Shown: in pieces, positions 9,901 to 24,900 of the stretch
How positions within the stretch are numbered: the first letter of the stretch is position 1
How the letters are laid out: every line of letters starts with the position of its first letter
Assembly: GCA_032718475.1 (NCBI GenBank)
Contig: JAUCBJ010005092.1
Location: forward strand, 31,315 to 95,314
Length of the DNA: 64,000 nt
Origin: Nemertoderma westbladi
Taxonomy: Eukaryota; Animalia; Xenacoelomorpha
Direction of reading: 5' to 3'
The notes under the pieces: model-generated
Seen by the model: the letters and a program-made list of their open reading frames with translations, nothing else
What the model was told of the DNA's origin: nothing
Databases searched by the model: none
Translations under genes and position numbers: made by a program

Positions 9901-12900
9901 ACACTAATGGTAGCAGAAGTCTTCTACATGAGCTGAGCAACCAGAGGCCATACACTAATGGTAGCAGAAGTCTTCTACATGAGCTGAGCAACCAGAGGCC
10001 ATACACTAATGGTAGCAGAAGTCTTCTACATGAGCTGAGCAACCAGAGGCCATACACTAATGGTAGCAGAAGTCTTCTACATGAGCTGAGCAACCAGAGG
10101 CCATACACTAATGGTAGCAGAAGTCTTCTACATGAGCTGAGCAACCAGAGGCCATACACTAATGGTAGCAGAAGTCTTCTACATGAGCTGAGCAACCAGA
10201 GGCCATACACTAATGGTAGCAGAAGTCTTCTACATGAGCTGAGCAACCAGAGGCCATACACTAATGGTAGCAGAAGTCTTCTACATGAGCTGAGCAACCA
10301 GAGGCCATACACTAATGGTAGCAGAAGTCTTCTACATGAGCTGAGCAACCAGAGGCCATACACTAATGGTAGCAGAAGTCTTCTACATGAGTTGAGCAAC
10401 CAGAGGCCATACACTAATGGTAGCAGAAGTCTTCTACATGAGCTGAGCAACCCGAGGCCATACACTAATGGTAGCAGAGGTCTTCTACATGAGCTGAGCA
10501 ACCAGAGGCCATACACTAATGGTAGCAGAAGTCTTCTACATGAGCTGAGCAACCAGAGGCCATACACTAATGGTAGCAGTAGTCTTCTACATGAGCTGAG
10601 CAACCCGAGGCCATACACTAATGGTAGCAGAAGTCTTCTACATGAGCTGAGCAACCCGAGGCCATACACTAATGGTAGCAGAAGTCTTCTACATGAGCTG
10701 AGCAACCAGAGGCCATACACTAATGGTAGCAGAAGTCTTCTACATGAGCTGAGCAACCCGAGGCCATACACTAATGGTAGCAGAAGTCTTCTACATGAGC
10801 TGAGCAACCAGTGGCCATACACTAATGGTAGCAGAAGTCTTCTACATGAGCTGAGCAACCCGAGGCCATACACTAATGGTAGCAGAAGTCTTCTACATGA
10901 GCTGAGCAACCAGAGGCTATACACTAATGGTAGCAGTAGTCTTCTACATGAGCTGAGCAACCAGAGGCCATACACTAATGGTAGCAGAAGTCTTCTACAT
11001 GAGCTGAGCAACCCGAGGCCATACACTAATGGTAGCAGAAGTCTTCTACATGAGCTGAGCAACCAGTGGCCATACACTAATGGTAGCAGAAGTCTTCTAC
11101 ATGAGCTGAGCAACCAGTGGCCATACACTAATGGTAGCAGAAGTCTTCTACATGAGCTGAGCAACCCGAGGCCATACACTAATGGTAACAGAAGTCTTCT
11201 ATATGAGCTGAGCAACCCGAGGCCATACACTAATGGTAGCAGAAGTCTTCTACATGAGCTGAGTAACCAGAGGCCATACACTAATGGTAGCAGTAGTCTT
11301 CTACATGAGCTGAGCAACCCGAGGCCATACACTAATGGTAGCAGAAGTCTTCTACATGAGCTGAGCAACCAGAGGCTATACACTAATGGTAGCAGAAGTC
11401 TTCTACATAAGCTGAGCAACCCGAGGCCATACACTAATGGTAACAGAAGTCTTCTACATAAGCTGAGCAACCCGAGGCCATACACTAATGGTAACAGAAG
11501 TCTTCTACATCAGCTGAGCAACCCGAGGCCATACACTAATGGTAGCAGAAGTCTTCTACATGAGCTGTGCAACCCGAGGCCATACACTAATGGTAGCAGA
11601 AATCTTCTACATGAGCTGAGCAACCAGAGGCCATACACTAATGGTAGCAGAAGTCTTCTATATGAGCTGAGCAACCAGTGGCCATACACTAATGGTATCA
11701 GAAGTCTTCTATATGAGCTGAGCAACCCGAGGCCATACACTAATGGTAGCAGAAGTCTTCTACATGAGCTGAGCAACCCGAGGCCATACACTAATGGTAA
11801 CAGAAGTCTTCTATATGAGCTGAGCAACCCGAGGCCATACACTAATGGTAGCAGAAGTCTTCTACATGAGCTGAGCAACCAGAGGCCATACACTAATGGT
11901 ATCAGAAGTCTTCTACATGAGCTGAGCAACCCGAGGCCATACACTAATGGTAGCAGAAGTCTTCTACATGAGCTGAGCAACCAGAGGCCATACACTAATG
12001 GTAGCAGAAGTCTTCTACATGAGCTGAGCAACCCGAGGCCATACACTAATGGTAGCAGAAGTCTTCTACATGAGCTGAGCAACCCGAGGCCATACACTAA
12101 TGGTAGCAGAAGTCTTCTACATGAGCTGAGCAACCAGAGGCCATACACTAATGGTAGCAGAAGTCTTCTACATGAGCTGAGCAACCCGAGGCCATACACT
12201 AATGGTAGCAGAAGTCTTCTACATGAGCTGAGCAACCAGTGGCCATACACTAATGGTAGCAGAAGTCTTCTACATGAGCTGAGCAACCCGAGGCCATACA
12301 CTAATGGTAGCAGAAGTCTTCTACATGAGCTGAGCAACCAGAGGCTATACACTAATGGTAGCAGAAGTCTTCTACATAAGCTGAGCAACCCGAGGCCATA
12401 CACTAATGGTAACAGAAGTCTTCTACATAAGCTGAGCAACCCGAGGCCATACACTAATGGTAACAGAAGTCTTCTACATCAGCTGAGCAACCCGAGGCCA
12501 TACACTAATGGTAACAGAAGTCTTCTACATGAGCTGTGCAACCCGAGGCCATACACTAATGGTAACAGAAGTCTTCTATATGAGCTGAGCAACCCGAGGC
12601 CATACACTAATGGTGGCAGAAGTCTTCTACATGAGCTGAGCAACCCGAGGCCATACACTAATGGTAACTGAAGTCTTCTACATGAGCTGAGCAACCAGTG
12701 GCCATATACTAATGGTAGCAGAAGTCTTCTACATGAGCTGAGCAACCAGAGGCCATACACTAATGGTAGCAGAAGTCTTCTACATGAGCTGAGTAACCAG
12801 AGGCCATACACTAATGGTAGCAGAAGTCTTCTACATGAGCTGAGCAACCAGTGGCCATACACTAATGGTAGCAGAAGTCTTCTACATGAGCTGAGCAACC

Positions 12901-15900
12901 AGTGGCCATACACTAATGGTAGCAGAAGTCTTCTACATGAGCTGAGCAACCCGAGGCCATACACTAATGGTAACAGAAGTCTTCTACATGAGCTGAGCAA
13001 CCAGAGGCCATACACTAATGGTAGCAGAAGTCTTCTATATGAGCTGAGCAACCCGAGGCCATACACTAATGGTAGCAGAAGTCTTCTACATGAGCTGAGC
13101 AACCCGAGGCCATACACTAATGGTAGCAGAAGTCTTCTACATGAGCTGAGCAACCAGAGGCCATACACTAATGGTAGCAGAAGTCTTCTACATGAGCTGA
13201 GCAACCCGAGGCCATACACTAATGGTAGCAGAAGTCTTCTACATGAGCTGAGTAACCAGAGGCCATACACTAATGGTAGCAGAAGTCTTCTACATGAGCT
13301 GAGCAACCAGTGGCCATACACTAATGGTAGCAGAAGTCTTCTACATGAGCTGAGCAACCAGTGGCCATACACTAATGGTAGCAGAAGTCTTCTACATGAG
13401 CTGAGCAACCCGAGGCCATACACTAATGGTAACAGAAGTCTTCTACATGAGCTGAGCAACAAGAGGCCATACACTAATGGTAGCAGAAGTCTTCTATATG
13501 AGCTGAGCAACCCGAGGCCATACACTAATGGTAGCAGAAGTCTTCTACATGAGCTGAGCAACCCGAGGCCATACACTAATGGTAGCAGAAGTCTTCTACA
13601 TGAGCTGAGCAACCAGAGGCCATACACTAATGGTAGCAGAAGTCTTCTACATGAGCTGAGCAACCCGAGGCCATACACTAATGGTAGCAGAAGTCTTCTA
13701 CATGAGCTGAGCAACCCGAGGCCATACACTAATGGTAGCAGAAGTCTTCTACATGAGCTGAGCAACCAGAGGCCATACACTAATGGTAGCAGAAGTCTTC
13801 TACATGAGCTGAGCAACCAGAGGCCATACACTAATGGTAGCAGAAGTCTTCTACATGAGCTGAGCAACCCGAGGCCATACACTAATGGTAGCAGAAGTCT
13901 TCTACATGAGCTGTGCAACCCGAGGCCATACACTAATGGTAGCAGAAATCTTCTACATGAGCTGAGCAACCAGAGGCCATACACTAATGGTAGCAGAAGT
14001 CTTCTATATGAGCTGAGCAACCAGTGGCCATACACTAATGGTAGCAGAAGTCTTCTACATGAGCTGAGCAACCCGAGGCCATACACTAATGGTAACAGAA
14101 GTCTTCTATATGAGCTGAGCAACCAGTGGCCATACACTAATGGTAGCAGAAGTCTTCTACATGAGCTGAGCAACCCGAGGCCATACACTAATGGTAGCAG
14201 AAGTCTTCTACATGAGCTGAGCAACCAGAGGCCATACTCTAATGGTAGCATAAGTCTTCTACATGAGCTGAGTACCCAGAGGCCATACACTAATGGTAGC
14301 AGAAGTCTTCTACATGAGCTGAGCAACCAGAGGCCATACACTAATGGTATCAGAAGTCTTCTACATGAGCTGAGCAACCAGAGGCCATACACTAATGGTA
14401 GCAGAAGTCTTCTACATGAGCTGAGCAACCAGAGGCCATACACTAATGGTAGCAGAAGTCTTCTACATGAGCTGAGCAACCCGAGGCCATACACTAATGG
14501 TAGCAGAAGTCTTCTACATGAGCTGAGCAACCAGTGGCCATACACTAATGGTAGCAGAAGTCTTCTACATGAGCTGAGCAACCAGAGGCCATACACTAAT
14601 GGTAGCAGAAGTCTTCTACATGAGCTGAGCAACCCGAGGCCATACACTAATGGTAACAGAAGTCTTCTATATGAGCTGAGCAACCAGTGGCCATACACTA
14701 ATGGTAGCAGAAGTCTTCTACATGAGCTGAGCAACCCGAGGCCATACACTAATGGTAGCAGAAGTCTTCTACATGAGCTGAGCAACCAGAGGCCATACTC
14801 TAATGGTAGCATAAGTCTTCTACATGAGCTGAGTACCCAGAGGCCATACACTAATGGTAGCAGAAGTCTTCTACATGAGCTGAGCAACCAGAGGCCATAC
14901 ACTAATGGTATCAGAAGTCTTCTACATGAGCTGAGCAACCAGAGGCCATACACTAATGGTAGCAGAAGTCTTCTACATGAGCTGAGCAACCAGAGGCCAT
15001 ACACTAATGGTAGCAGAAGTCTTCTACATGAGCTGAGCAACCCGAGGCCATACACTAATGGTAGCAGAAGTCTTCTACATGAGCTGAGCAACCAGTGGCC
15101 ATACACTAATGGTAGCAGAAGTCTTCTACATGAGCTGAGCAACCCGAGGCCATACACTAATGGTAACAGAAGTCTTCTACATGAGCTGAGCAACCAGAGG
15201 CCATACACTAATGGTAGCAGAAGTCTTCTACATGAGCTGAGCAACCCGAGGCCATACACTAATGGTAGCAGAAGTCTTCTACATGAGCTGAGCAACCAGA
15301 GGCCATACACTAATGGTAGCAGAAGTCTTCTACATGAGCTGAGCAACCAGAGGCCATACACTAATGGTAGCAGAAGTCTTCTACATGAGCTGAGCAACCC
15401 GAGGCCATACACTAATGGTAGCAGAAGTCTTCTACATGAGCTGAGCAACCAGTGGCCATACACTAATGGTAGCAGAAGTCTTCTACATGAGCTGAGCAAC
15501 CCGAGGCCATACACTAATGGTAGCAGAAGTCTTCTACATGAGCTGAGCAACCAGAGGCCATACACTAATGGTAGCAGAAGTCTTCTACATGAGCTGAGCA
15601 ACCAGAGGCCATACACTAATGGTAGCAGAAGTCTTCTACATGAGCTGAGCAACCCGAGGCCATACACTAATGGTAGCAGAAGTCTTCTACATGAGCTGTG
15701 CAACCCGAGGCCATACACTAATGGTAGCAGAAATCTTCTACATGAGCTGAGCAACCAGAGGCCATACACTAATGGTAGCAGAAGTCTTCTATATGAGCTG
15801 AGCAACCAGTGGCCATACACTAATGGTAGCAGAAGTCTTCTACATGAGCTGAGCAACCCGAGGCCATACACTAATGGTAACAGAAGTCTTCTATATGAGC

Positions 15901-18900
15901 TGAGCAACCAGTGGCCATACACTAATGGTAGCAGAAGTCTTCTACATGAGCTGAGCAACCCGAGGCCATACACTAATGGTAGCAGAAGTCTTCTACATGA
16001 GCTGAGCAACCCGAGGCCATACACTAATGGTAGCAGAAGTCTTCTACATGAGCTGAGCAACCAGTGGCCATACACTAATGGTAGCAGAAGTCTTCTACAT
16101 GAGCTGAGCAACCCGAGGCCATACACTAATGGTAACAGAAGTCTTCTACATGAGCTGAGCAACCAGAGGCCATACACTAATGGTAGCAGAAGTCTTCTAC
16201 ATGAGCTGAGCAACCCGAGGCCATACACTAATGGTAGCAGAAGTCTTCTACATGAGCTGAGCAACCAGAGGCCATACACTAATGGTAGCAGAAGTCTTCT
16301 ACATGAGCTGAGCAACCAGAGGCCATACACTAATGGTAGCAGAAGTCTTCTACATGAGCTGAGCAACCCGAGGCCATACACTAATGGTAGCAGAAGTCTT
16401 CTACATGAGCTGAGCAACCAGTGGCCATACACTAATGGTAGCAGAAGTCTTCTACATGAGCTGAGCAACCCGAGGCCATACACTAATGGTAGCAGAAGTC
16501 TTCTACATGAGCTGAGCAACCCGAGGCCATACACTAATGGTAGCAGAAGTCTTCTACATGAGCAGAGCAACCAGAGGCCATACACTAATGGTAGCAGAAG
16601 TCTTCTACATGAGCTGAGCAACCAGAGGCCATACACTAATGGTAGCAGAAGTCTTCTACATGAGCTGAGCAACCAGAGGCCATACACTAATGGTAGCAGA
16701 AGTCTTCTACATGAGCTGAGCAACCCGAGGCCATACACTAATGGTAGCAGAAGTCTTCTACATGAGCTGAGCAACCAGAGGCCATACACTAATGGTAGCA
16801 GAAGTCTTCTACATGAGCTATGCAACCAGAGGCCATACACTAATGGTAACAGAAGTCTTCTATATGAGCTGAGCAACCAGTGGCCATACACTAATGGTAG
16901 CAGAAGTCTTCTACATGAGCTGAGCAACCAGTGGCCATACACTAATGGTAGCAGAAGTCTTCTACATGAGCTGAGCAACCAGAGGCCATACACTAATGGT
17001 AGCAGAAGTCTTCTACATGAGCTGAGCAACCAGAGGCCATACACTAATGGTAGCAGAAGTCTTCTACATGAGCTATGCAACCAGAGGCCATACACTAATG
17101 GTAGCAGAAGTCTTCTATATGAGCTGAGCAACCAGAGGCCATACACTAATGGTAGCAGAAGTCTTCTACATGAGCTATGCAACCAGAGGCCATACACTAA
17201 TGGTAGCAGAAGTCTTCTACATGAGCTGAGCAACCAGTGGCCATACACTAATGGTAGCAGAAGTCTTCTACATGAGCTGAGCAACCAGAGGCCATACACT
17301 AATGGTAGCAGAAGTCTTCTACATGAGCTGAGCAACCAGAGGCCATACACTAATGGTAGCAGAAGTCTTCTACATGAGCTATGCAACCAGAGGCCATACA
17401 CTAATGGTAGCAGAAGTCTTCTACATGAGCTGAGCAACCAGAGGCCATACACTAATGGTAACAGAAGTCTTCTATATGAGCTGAGCAACCAGAGGCCATA
17501 CACTAATGGTAACAGAAGTCTTCTACATGAGCTGAGCAACCCGAGGCCATACACTAATGGTAGCAGAAGTCTTCTACATGAGCTGAGCAACCAGAGGCCA
17601 TACACTAATGGTAACAGAAGTCTTCTATATGAGCTGAGCAACCCGAGGCCATACACTAATGGTAGCAGAAGTCTTCTACATGAGCTGAGCAACCAGAGGC
17701 CATACACTAATGGTAACAGAAGTCTTCTATATGAGCTGAGCAACCCGAGGCCATACACTAATGGTAACAGAAGTCTTCTACTTAAGCTGAGCAACCCGAG
17801 GCCATACACTAATGGTAACAGAAGTCTTCTACATAAGCTGAGCAACCAGAGGCCATACACTAATGGTAACAGAAGTCTTCTACATGAGCTGAGTAACCAG
17901 AGGCCATACACTAATGGTAGCAGAAGTCTTCTACATGAGCTGAGCAACCAGAGGCCATACACTAATGGTAGCAGAAGTCTTCTACATGAGCTGAGCAACC
18001 AGTGGCCATACACTAATGGTAGCAGAAGTCTTCTACATGAGCTATGCAACCAGAGGCCATACACTAATGGTAGCAGAAGTCTTCTACATGAGCTGAGCAA
18101 CCAGAGGCCATACACTAATGGTAGCAGAAGTCTTCTACATGAGCTGAGCAACCAGTGGCCATACACTAATGGTAACAGAAGTCTTCTACATGAGCTGAGC
18201 AACCAGAGGCCATACACTAATGGTAGCAGAAGTCTTCTACATGAGCTGAGCAACCCGAGGCCATACACTAATGGTAGCAGAAGTCTTCTACATGAGCTGA
18301 GCAACCAGTGGCCATACACTAATGGTAGCAGAAGTCTTCTACATGAGCTATGCAACCAGAGGCCATACACTAATGGTAACAGAAGTCTTCTATATGAGCT
18401 GAGCAACCCGAGGCCATACACTAATGGTAGCAGAAGTCTTCTACATGAGCTGAGCAACCAGTGGCCATACACTAATGGTAACAGAAGTCTTCTATATGAG
18501 CTGAGCAACCCGAGGCCATACACTAATGGTAGCAGAAGTCTTCTACATGAGCTGAGCAACCAGAGGCCATACACTAATGGTAGCAGAAGTCTTCTACATG
18601 AGCTATGCAACCAGAGGCCATACACTAATGGTAACAGAAGTCTTCTATATGAGCTGAGCAACCAGTGGCCATACACTAATGGTAGCAGAAGTCTTCTACA
18701 TGAGCTGAGCAACCAGTGGCCATACACTAATGGTAGCAGAAGTCTTCTACATGAGCTGAGCAACCAGAGGCCATACACTAATGGTAGCAGAAGTCTTCTA
18801 CATGAGCTGAGCAACCAGAGGCCATACACTAATGGTAGCAGAAGTCTTCTACATGAGCTATGCAACCAGAGGCCATACACTAATGGTAACAGAAGTCTTC

Positions 18901-21900
18901 TATATGAGCTGAGCAACCAGAGGCCATACACTAATGGTAACAGAAGTCTTCTACATGAGCTGAGCAACCCGAGGCCATACACTAATGGTAACAGAAGTCT
19001 TCTATATGAGCTGAGCAACCCGAGGCCATACACTAATGGTAACAGAAGTCTTCTATATGAGCTGAGCAACCCGAGGCCATACACTAATGGTAGCAGAAGT
19101 CTTCTACATGAGCTGAGCAACCAGAGGCCATACACTAATGGTAGCAGAAGTCTTCTACATGAGCTGAGCAACCAGAGGCCATACACTAATGGTAGCAGAA
19201 GTCTTCTACATAAGCTGAGCAACCCGAGGCCATACACTAATGGTAACAGAAGTCTTCTACATGAGCTGAGCAACCCGAGGCCATACACTAATGGTAACAG
19301 AAGTCTTCTACATGAGCTGAGCAACCCGAGGCCATACACTAATGGTAGCAGAAGTCTTCTACATGAGCTGAGCAACCAGAGGCCATACACTAATGGTAGC
19401 AGAAGTCTTCTACATGAGCTGAGCAACCAGAGGCCATACACTAATGGTAGCAGAAGTCTTCTACATGAGCTGAGCAACCCGAGGCCATACACTAATGGTA
19501 GCAGAAGTCTTCTACATGAGCTGAGCAACCCGAGGCCATACACTAATGGTAACAGAAGTCTTCTACATGAGCTGAGCAACCCGAGGCCATACACTAATGG
19601 TAGCAGAAGTCTTCTATATGAGCTGAGCAACCAGTGGCCATATACTAATGGTAGCAGAAGTCTTCTATATGAGCTGAGCAACCAGTGGCCATACACTAAT
19701 GGTAGCAGAAGTCTTCTACATGAGCTGAGCAACCCGAGGCCATACACTAATGGTAGCAGAAGTTTTCTACATAAGCTGAGCAACCCGAGGCCATACACTA
19801 ATGGTAACAGAAGTCTTCTACATAAGCTGAGCAACCCGAGGCCATACACTAATGGTAACAGAAGTCTTCTACATGAGCTGAGCAACCCGAGGCCATACAC
19901 TAATGGTAGCAGAAGTCTTCTATATGAGCTGAGCAACCAGAGGCCATACACTAATGGTAGCAGAAGTTTTCTACATAAGCTGAGCAACCCGAGGCCATAC
20001 ACTAATGGTAGCAGAAGTCTTCTACATGAGCTGAGCAACCCGAGGCCATACACTAATGGTAACAGAAGTCTTCTACATAAGCTGAGCAACCCGAGGCCAT
20101 ACACTAATGGTAACAGAAGTCTTCTACATGAGCTGAGCAACCCGAGGCCATACACTAATGGTAGCAGAAGTCTTCTACATGAGCTGAGCAACCCGAGGCC
20201 ATACACTAATGGTAGCAGAAGTTTTCTACATAAGCTGAGCAACCCGAGGCCATACACTAATGGTAACAGAAGTCTTCTACATGAGCTGAGCAACCCGAGG
20301 CCATACACTAATGGTAGCAGAAGTCTTCTACATGAGCTGAGCAACCCGAGGCCATACACTAATGGTAGCAGAAGTCTTCTACATGAGCTGAGCAACCAGA
20401 GGCCATACACTAATGGTAGCAGAAGTCTTCTACATAAGCTGAGCAACCAGAGGCCATACACTAATGGTATCAGAAGTCTTCTACATGAGCTGAGCAACCA
20501 GAGGCCATACACTAATGGTAGCAGAAGTCTTCTACATGAGCTGAGCAACCCGAGGCCATACACTAATGGTAGCAGAAGTCTTCTACATAAGCTGAGCAAC
20601 CCGAGGCCATACACTAATGGTAACAGAAGTCTTCTACATAAGCTGAGCAACCCGAGGCCATACACTAATGGTAACAGAAGTCTTCTACATCAGCTGAGCA
20701 ACCCGAGGCCATACACTAATGGTAACAGAAGTCTTCTACATGAGCTGTGCAACCCGAGGCCATACACTAATGGTAACAGAAGTCTTCTATATGAGCTGAG
20801 CAACCCGAGGCCATACACTAATGGTAGCAGAAGTCTTCTACATGAGCTGAGCAACCCGAGGCCATACACTAATGGTAACAGAAGTCTTCTACATGAGCTG
20901 AGCAACCAGTGGCCATATACTAATGGTAGCAGAAGTCTTCTACATGAGCTGAGCAACCAGAGGCCATACACTAATGGTAGCAGAAGTCTTCTACATGAGC
21001 TGAGTAACCAGAGGCCATACACTAATGGTAGCAGAAGTCTTCTACATGAGCTGAGCAACCAGAGGCCATACACTAATGGTAGCAGAAGTCTTCTACATGA
21101 GCTGAGCAACCAGAGGCCATACACTAATGGTAGCAGAAGTCTTCTACATGAGCTGAGCAACCAGAGGCCATACACTAATGGTAACAGAAGTCTTCTACAT
21201 AAGCTGAGCAACCCGAGGCCATACACTAATGGTAACAGAAGTCTTCTACATCAGCTGAGCAACCCGAGGCCATACACTAATGGTAACAGAAGTCTTCTAC
21301 ATGAGCTGTGCAACCCGAGGCCATACACTAATGGTAACAGAAGTCTTCTATATGAGCTGAGCAACCCGAGGCCATACACTAATGGTAGCAGAAGTCTTCT
21401 ACATGAGCTGAGCAACCCGAGGCCATACACTAATGGTAGCAGAAGTCTTCTACATGAGCTGAGCAACCAGAGGCCATACACTAATGGTAGCAGAAGTCTT
21501 CTACATGAGCTGAGCAACCAGAGGCCATACACTAATGGTAGCAGAAGTCTTCTACATGAGCTGAGCAACCAGAGGCCATACACTAATGGTAGCAGAAGTC
21601 TTCTACATGAGCAGAGCAACCAGAGGCCATACACTAATGGTAACAGAAGTCTTCTATATGAGCAGAGCAACCAGAGGCCATACACTAATGGTAACAGAAG
21701 TCTTCTATATGAGCTGAGCAACCAGAGGCCATACACTAATGGTAGCAGAAGTCTTCTACATGAGCTGAGCAACCAGAGGCCATACACTAATGGTAGCAGA
21801 AGTCTTCTACATGAGCTGAGCAACCCGAGGCCATACACTAATGGTAACAGAAGTCTTCTACATGAGCTGAGCAACCAGAGACCATACACTAATGGTAGCA

Positions 21901-24900
21901 GAAGTCTTCTACATGAGCTGAGCAACCAGAGGCCATACACTAATGGTAGCAGAAGTCTTCTATATGAGCTGAGCAACCAGAGGCCATACACTAATGGTAG
22001 CAGAAGTCCTCTACATGAGCTGAGCAACCAGAGGCCATACACTAATGGTAGCAGAAGTCTTCTACATGAGCTGTGCAACCCGAGGCCATACACTAATGGT
22101 AGCAGAAGTCTTCTACATGAGCTGAGCAACCCGAGGCCATACACTAATGGTAACAGAAGTCTTCTACATGAGCTGAGCAACCAGAGACCATACACTAATG
22201 GTAGCAGAAGTCTTCTACATGAGCTGAGCAACCAGAGGCCATACACTAATGGTAGCAGAAGTCTTCTATATGAGCTGAGCAACCAGAGGCCATACACTAA
22301 TGGTAGCAGAAGTCCTCTACATGAGCTGAGCAACCAGAGGCCATACACTAATGGTAGCAGAAGTCTTCTACATGAGCTGAGCAACCAGAGGCCATACACT
22401 AATGGTAGCAGAAGTCTTCTATATGAGCTGAGCAACCAGAGGCCATACACTAATGGTAGCAGAAGTCCTCTACATGAGCTGAGCAACCAGAGGCCATACA
22501 CTAATGGTAGCAGAAGTCTTCTACATGAGCTGAGCAACCAGAGGCCATACACTAATGGTATCAGAAGTCTTCTATATGAGCTGAGCAACCAGAGGCCATA
22601 CACTAATGGTAGCAGAAGTCTTCTACATGAGCTGAGCAACCAGAGGCCATACACTAATGGTAACAGAAGTCTTCTATATGAGCTGAGCAACCAGAGGCCA
22701 TACACTAATGGTAGCAGAAGTCTTCTACATGAGCTGAGCAACCAGAGGCCATACACTAATGGTAGCAGAAGTCTTCTACATGAGCTGAGCAACCCGAGGC
22801 CATACACTAATGGTAGCAGTAGTCTTCTACATGAGCTGAGCAACCAGAGGCCATACACTAATGGTAGCAGTAGTCTTCTACATGAGTTGAGCAACCAGAG
22901 GCCATACACTAATGGTAGCAGTAGTCTTCTACATGAGCTGAGCAACCCGAGGCCATACACTAATGGTAGCAGAAGTCCTCTACATGAGCTGAGCAACCAG
23001 AGGCCATACACTAATGGTAGCAGAAGTCTTCTACATGAGCTGAGCAACCCGAGGCCATACACTAATGGTAGCAGTAGTCTTCTACATGAGCTGAGCAACC
23101 AGAGGCCATACACTAATGGTAGCAGTAGTCTTCTACATGAGTTGAGCAACCAGAGGCCATACACTAATGGTAGCAGTAGTCTTCTACATGAGCTGAGCAA
23201 CCCGAGGCCATACACTAATGGTAGCAGAAGTCCTCTACATGAGCTGAGCAACCAGAGGCCATACACTAATGGTAGCAGAAGTCTTATACATGAGCTGAGC
23301 AACCAGAGGCCATACACTAATGGTAGCAGAAGTCTTCTACATGAGCTGAGCAACCAGAGGCCATACACTAATGGTAACAGAAGTCTTCTATATGAGCTGA
23401 GCAACCCGAGGCCATACACTAATGGTAGCAGAAGTCTTCTACATGAGCTGAGCAACCAGAGGCCATACTCTAATGGTAGCAGAAGTCTTCTACATGAGCT
23501 GAGCAACCCGAGGCCATACACTAATGGTAACAGAAGTCTTCTATATGAGCTGAGCAACCAGAGGCCATACACTAATGGTAGCAGAAGTCCTCTACATGAG
23601 CTGAGCAACCAGAGGCCATACACTAATGGTAGCAGAAGTCTTCTACATAAGCTGAGCAACCAGAGGCCATACTCTAATGGTATCAGAAGTCTTCTACATG
23701 AGCTGAGCAACCAGAGGCCATACACTAATGGTAGCAGAAGTCTTCTACATGAGCTGAGAAACCCGAGGCCATACACTAATGGTAACAGAAGTCTTCTACA
23801 TGAGCTGAGCAACCAGTGGCCATACACTAATGGTAGCAGAAGTCTTCTACATGAGCTGAGCAACCCGAGGCCATACTCTAATGGTAACAGAAGTCTTCTA
23901 TATGAGCTGAGCAACCCGAGGACATACACTAATGGTAGCAGAAGTCTTCTACATGAGCTGAGCAACCCGAGGCCATACACTAATGGTAGCAGAAGTCTTC
24001 TATATGAGCTGAGCAACCCGAGGCCATACACTAATGGTAGCAGAAGTCTTCTATATGAGCTGAGCAACCCGAGGCCATACACTAATGGTAGCAGAAGTCT
24101 TCTATATGAGCTGAGCAACCCGAGGCCATACACTAATGGTAGCAGAAGTCTTCTATATGAGCTGAGCAACCCGAGGCCATACACTAATGGTAGCAGAAGT
24201 CTTCTACATGAGCTGAGCAACCCGAGGCCATACACTAATGGTAGCAGAAGTCTTCTACATGAGCTGAGCAACCCGAGGCCATACACTAATGGTAGCAGAA
24301 GTCTTCTATATGAGCTGAGCAACCCGAGGCCATACACTAATGGTAGCAGAAGTCTTCTATATGAGCTGAGCAACCCGAGGCCATACACTAATGGTAGCAG
24401 AAGTCTTCTACATGAGCTGTGCAACCCGAGGCCATACACTAATGGTAGCAGAAGTCTTCTACATGAGCTGAGCAACCCGAGGCCATACACTAATGGTAGC
24501 AGAAGTCTTCTACATGAGCTGAGCAACCCGAGGCCATACACTAATGGTAGCAGAAGTCTTCTACATGAGCTGAGCAACCCGAGGCCATACACTAATGGTA
24601 GCAGAAGTCTTCTACATGAGCTGAGCAACCCGAGGCCATACACTAATGGTAGCAGAAGTCTTCTACATGAGCTGAGCAACCCGAGGCCATACACTAATGG
24701 TAGCAGAAGTCTTCTACATGAGCTGAGCAACCCGAGGCCATACACTAATGGTAGCAGAAGTCTTCTATATGAGCTGAGCAACCCGAGGCCATACACTAAT
24801 GGTAGCAGAAGTCTTCTACATGAGCTGTGCAACCCGAGGCCATACACTAATGGTAGCAGAAGTCTTCTACATGAGCTGAGCAACCAGAGGCCATACACTA

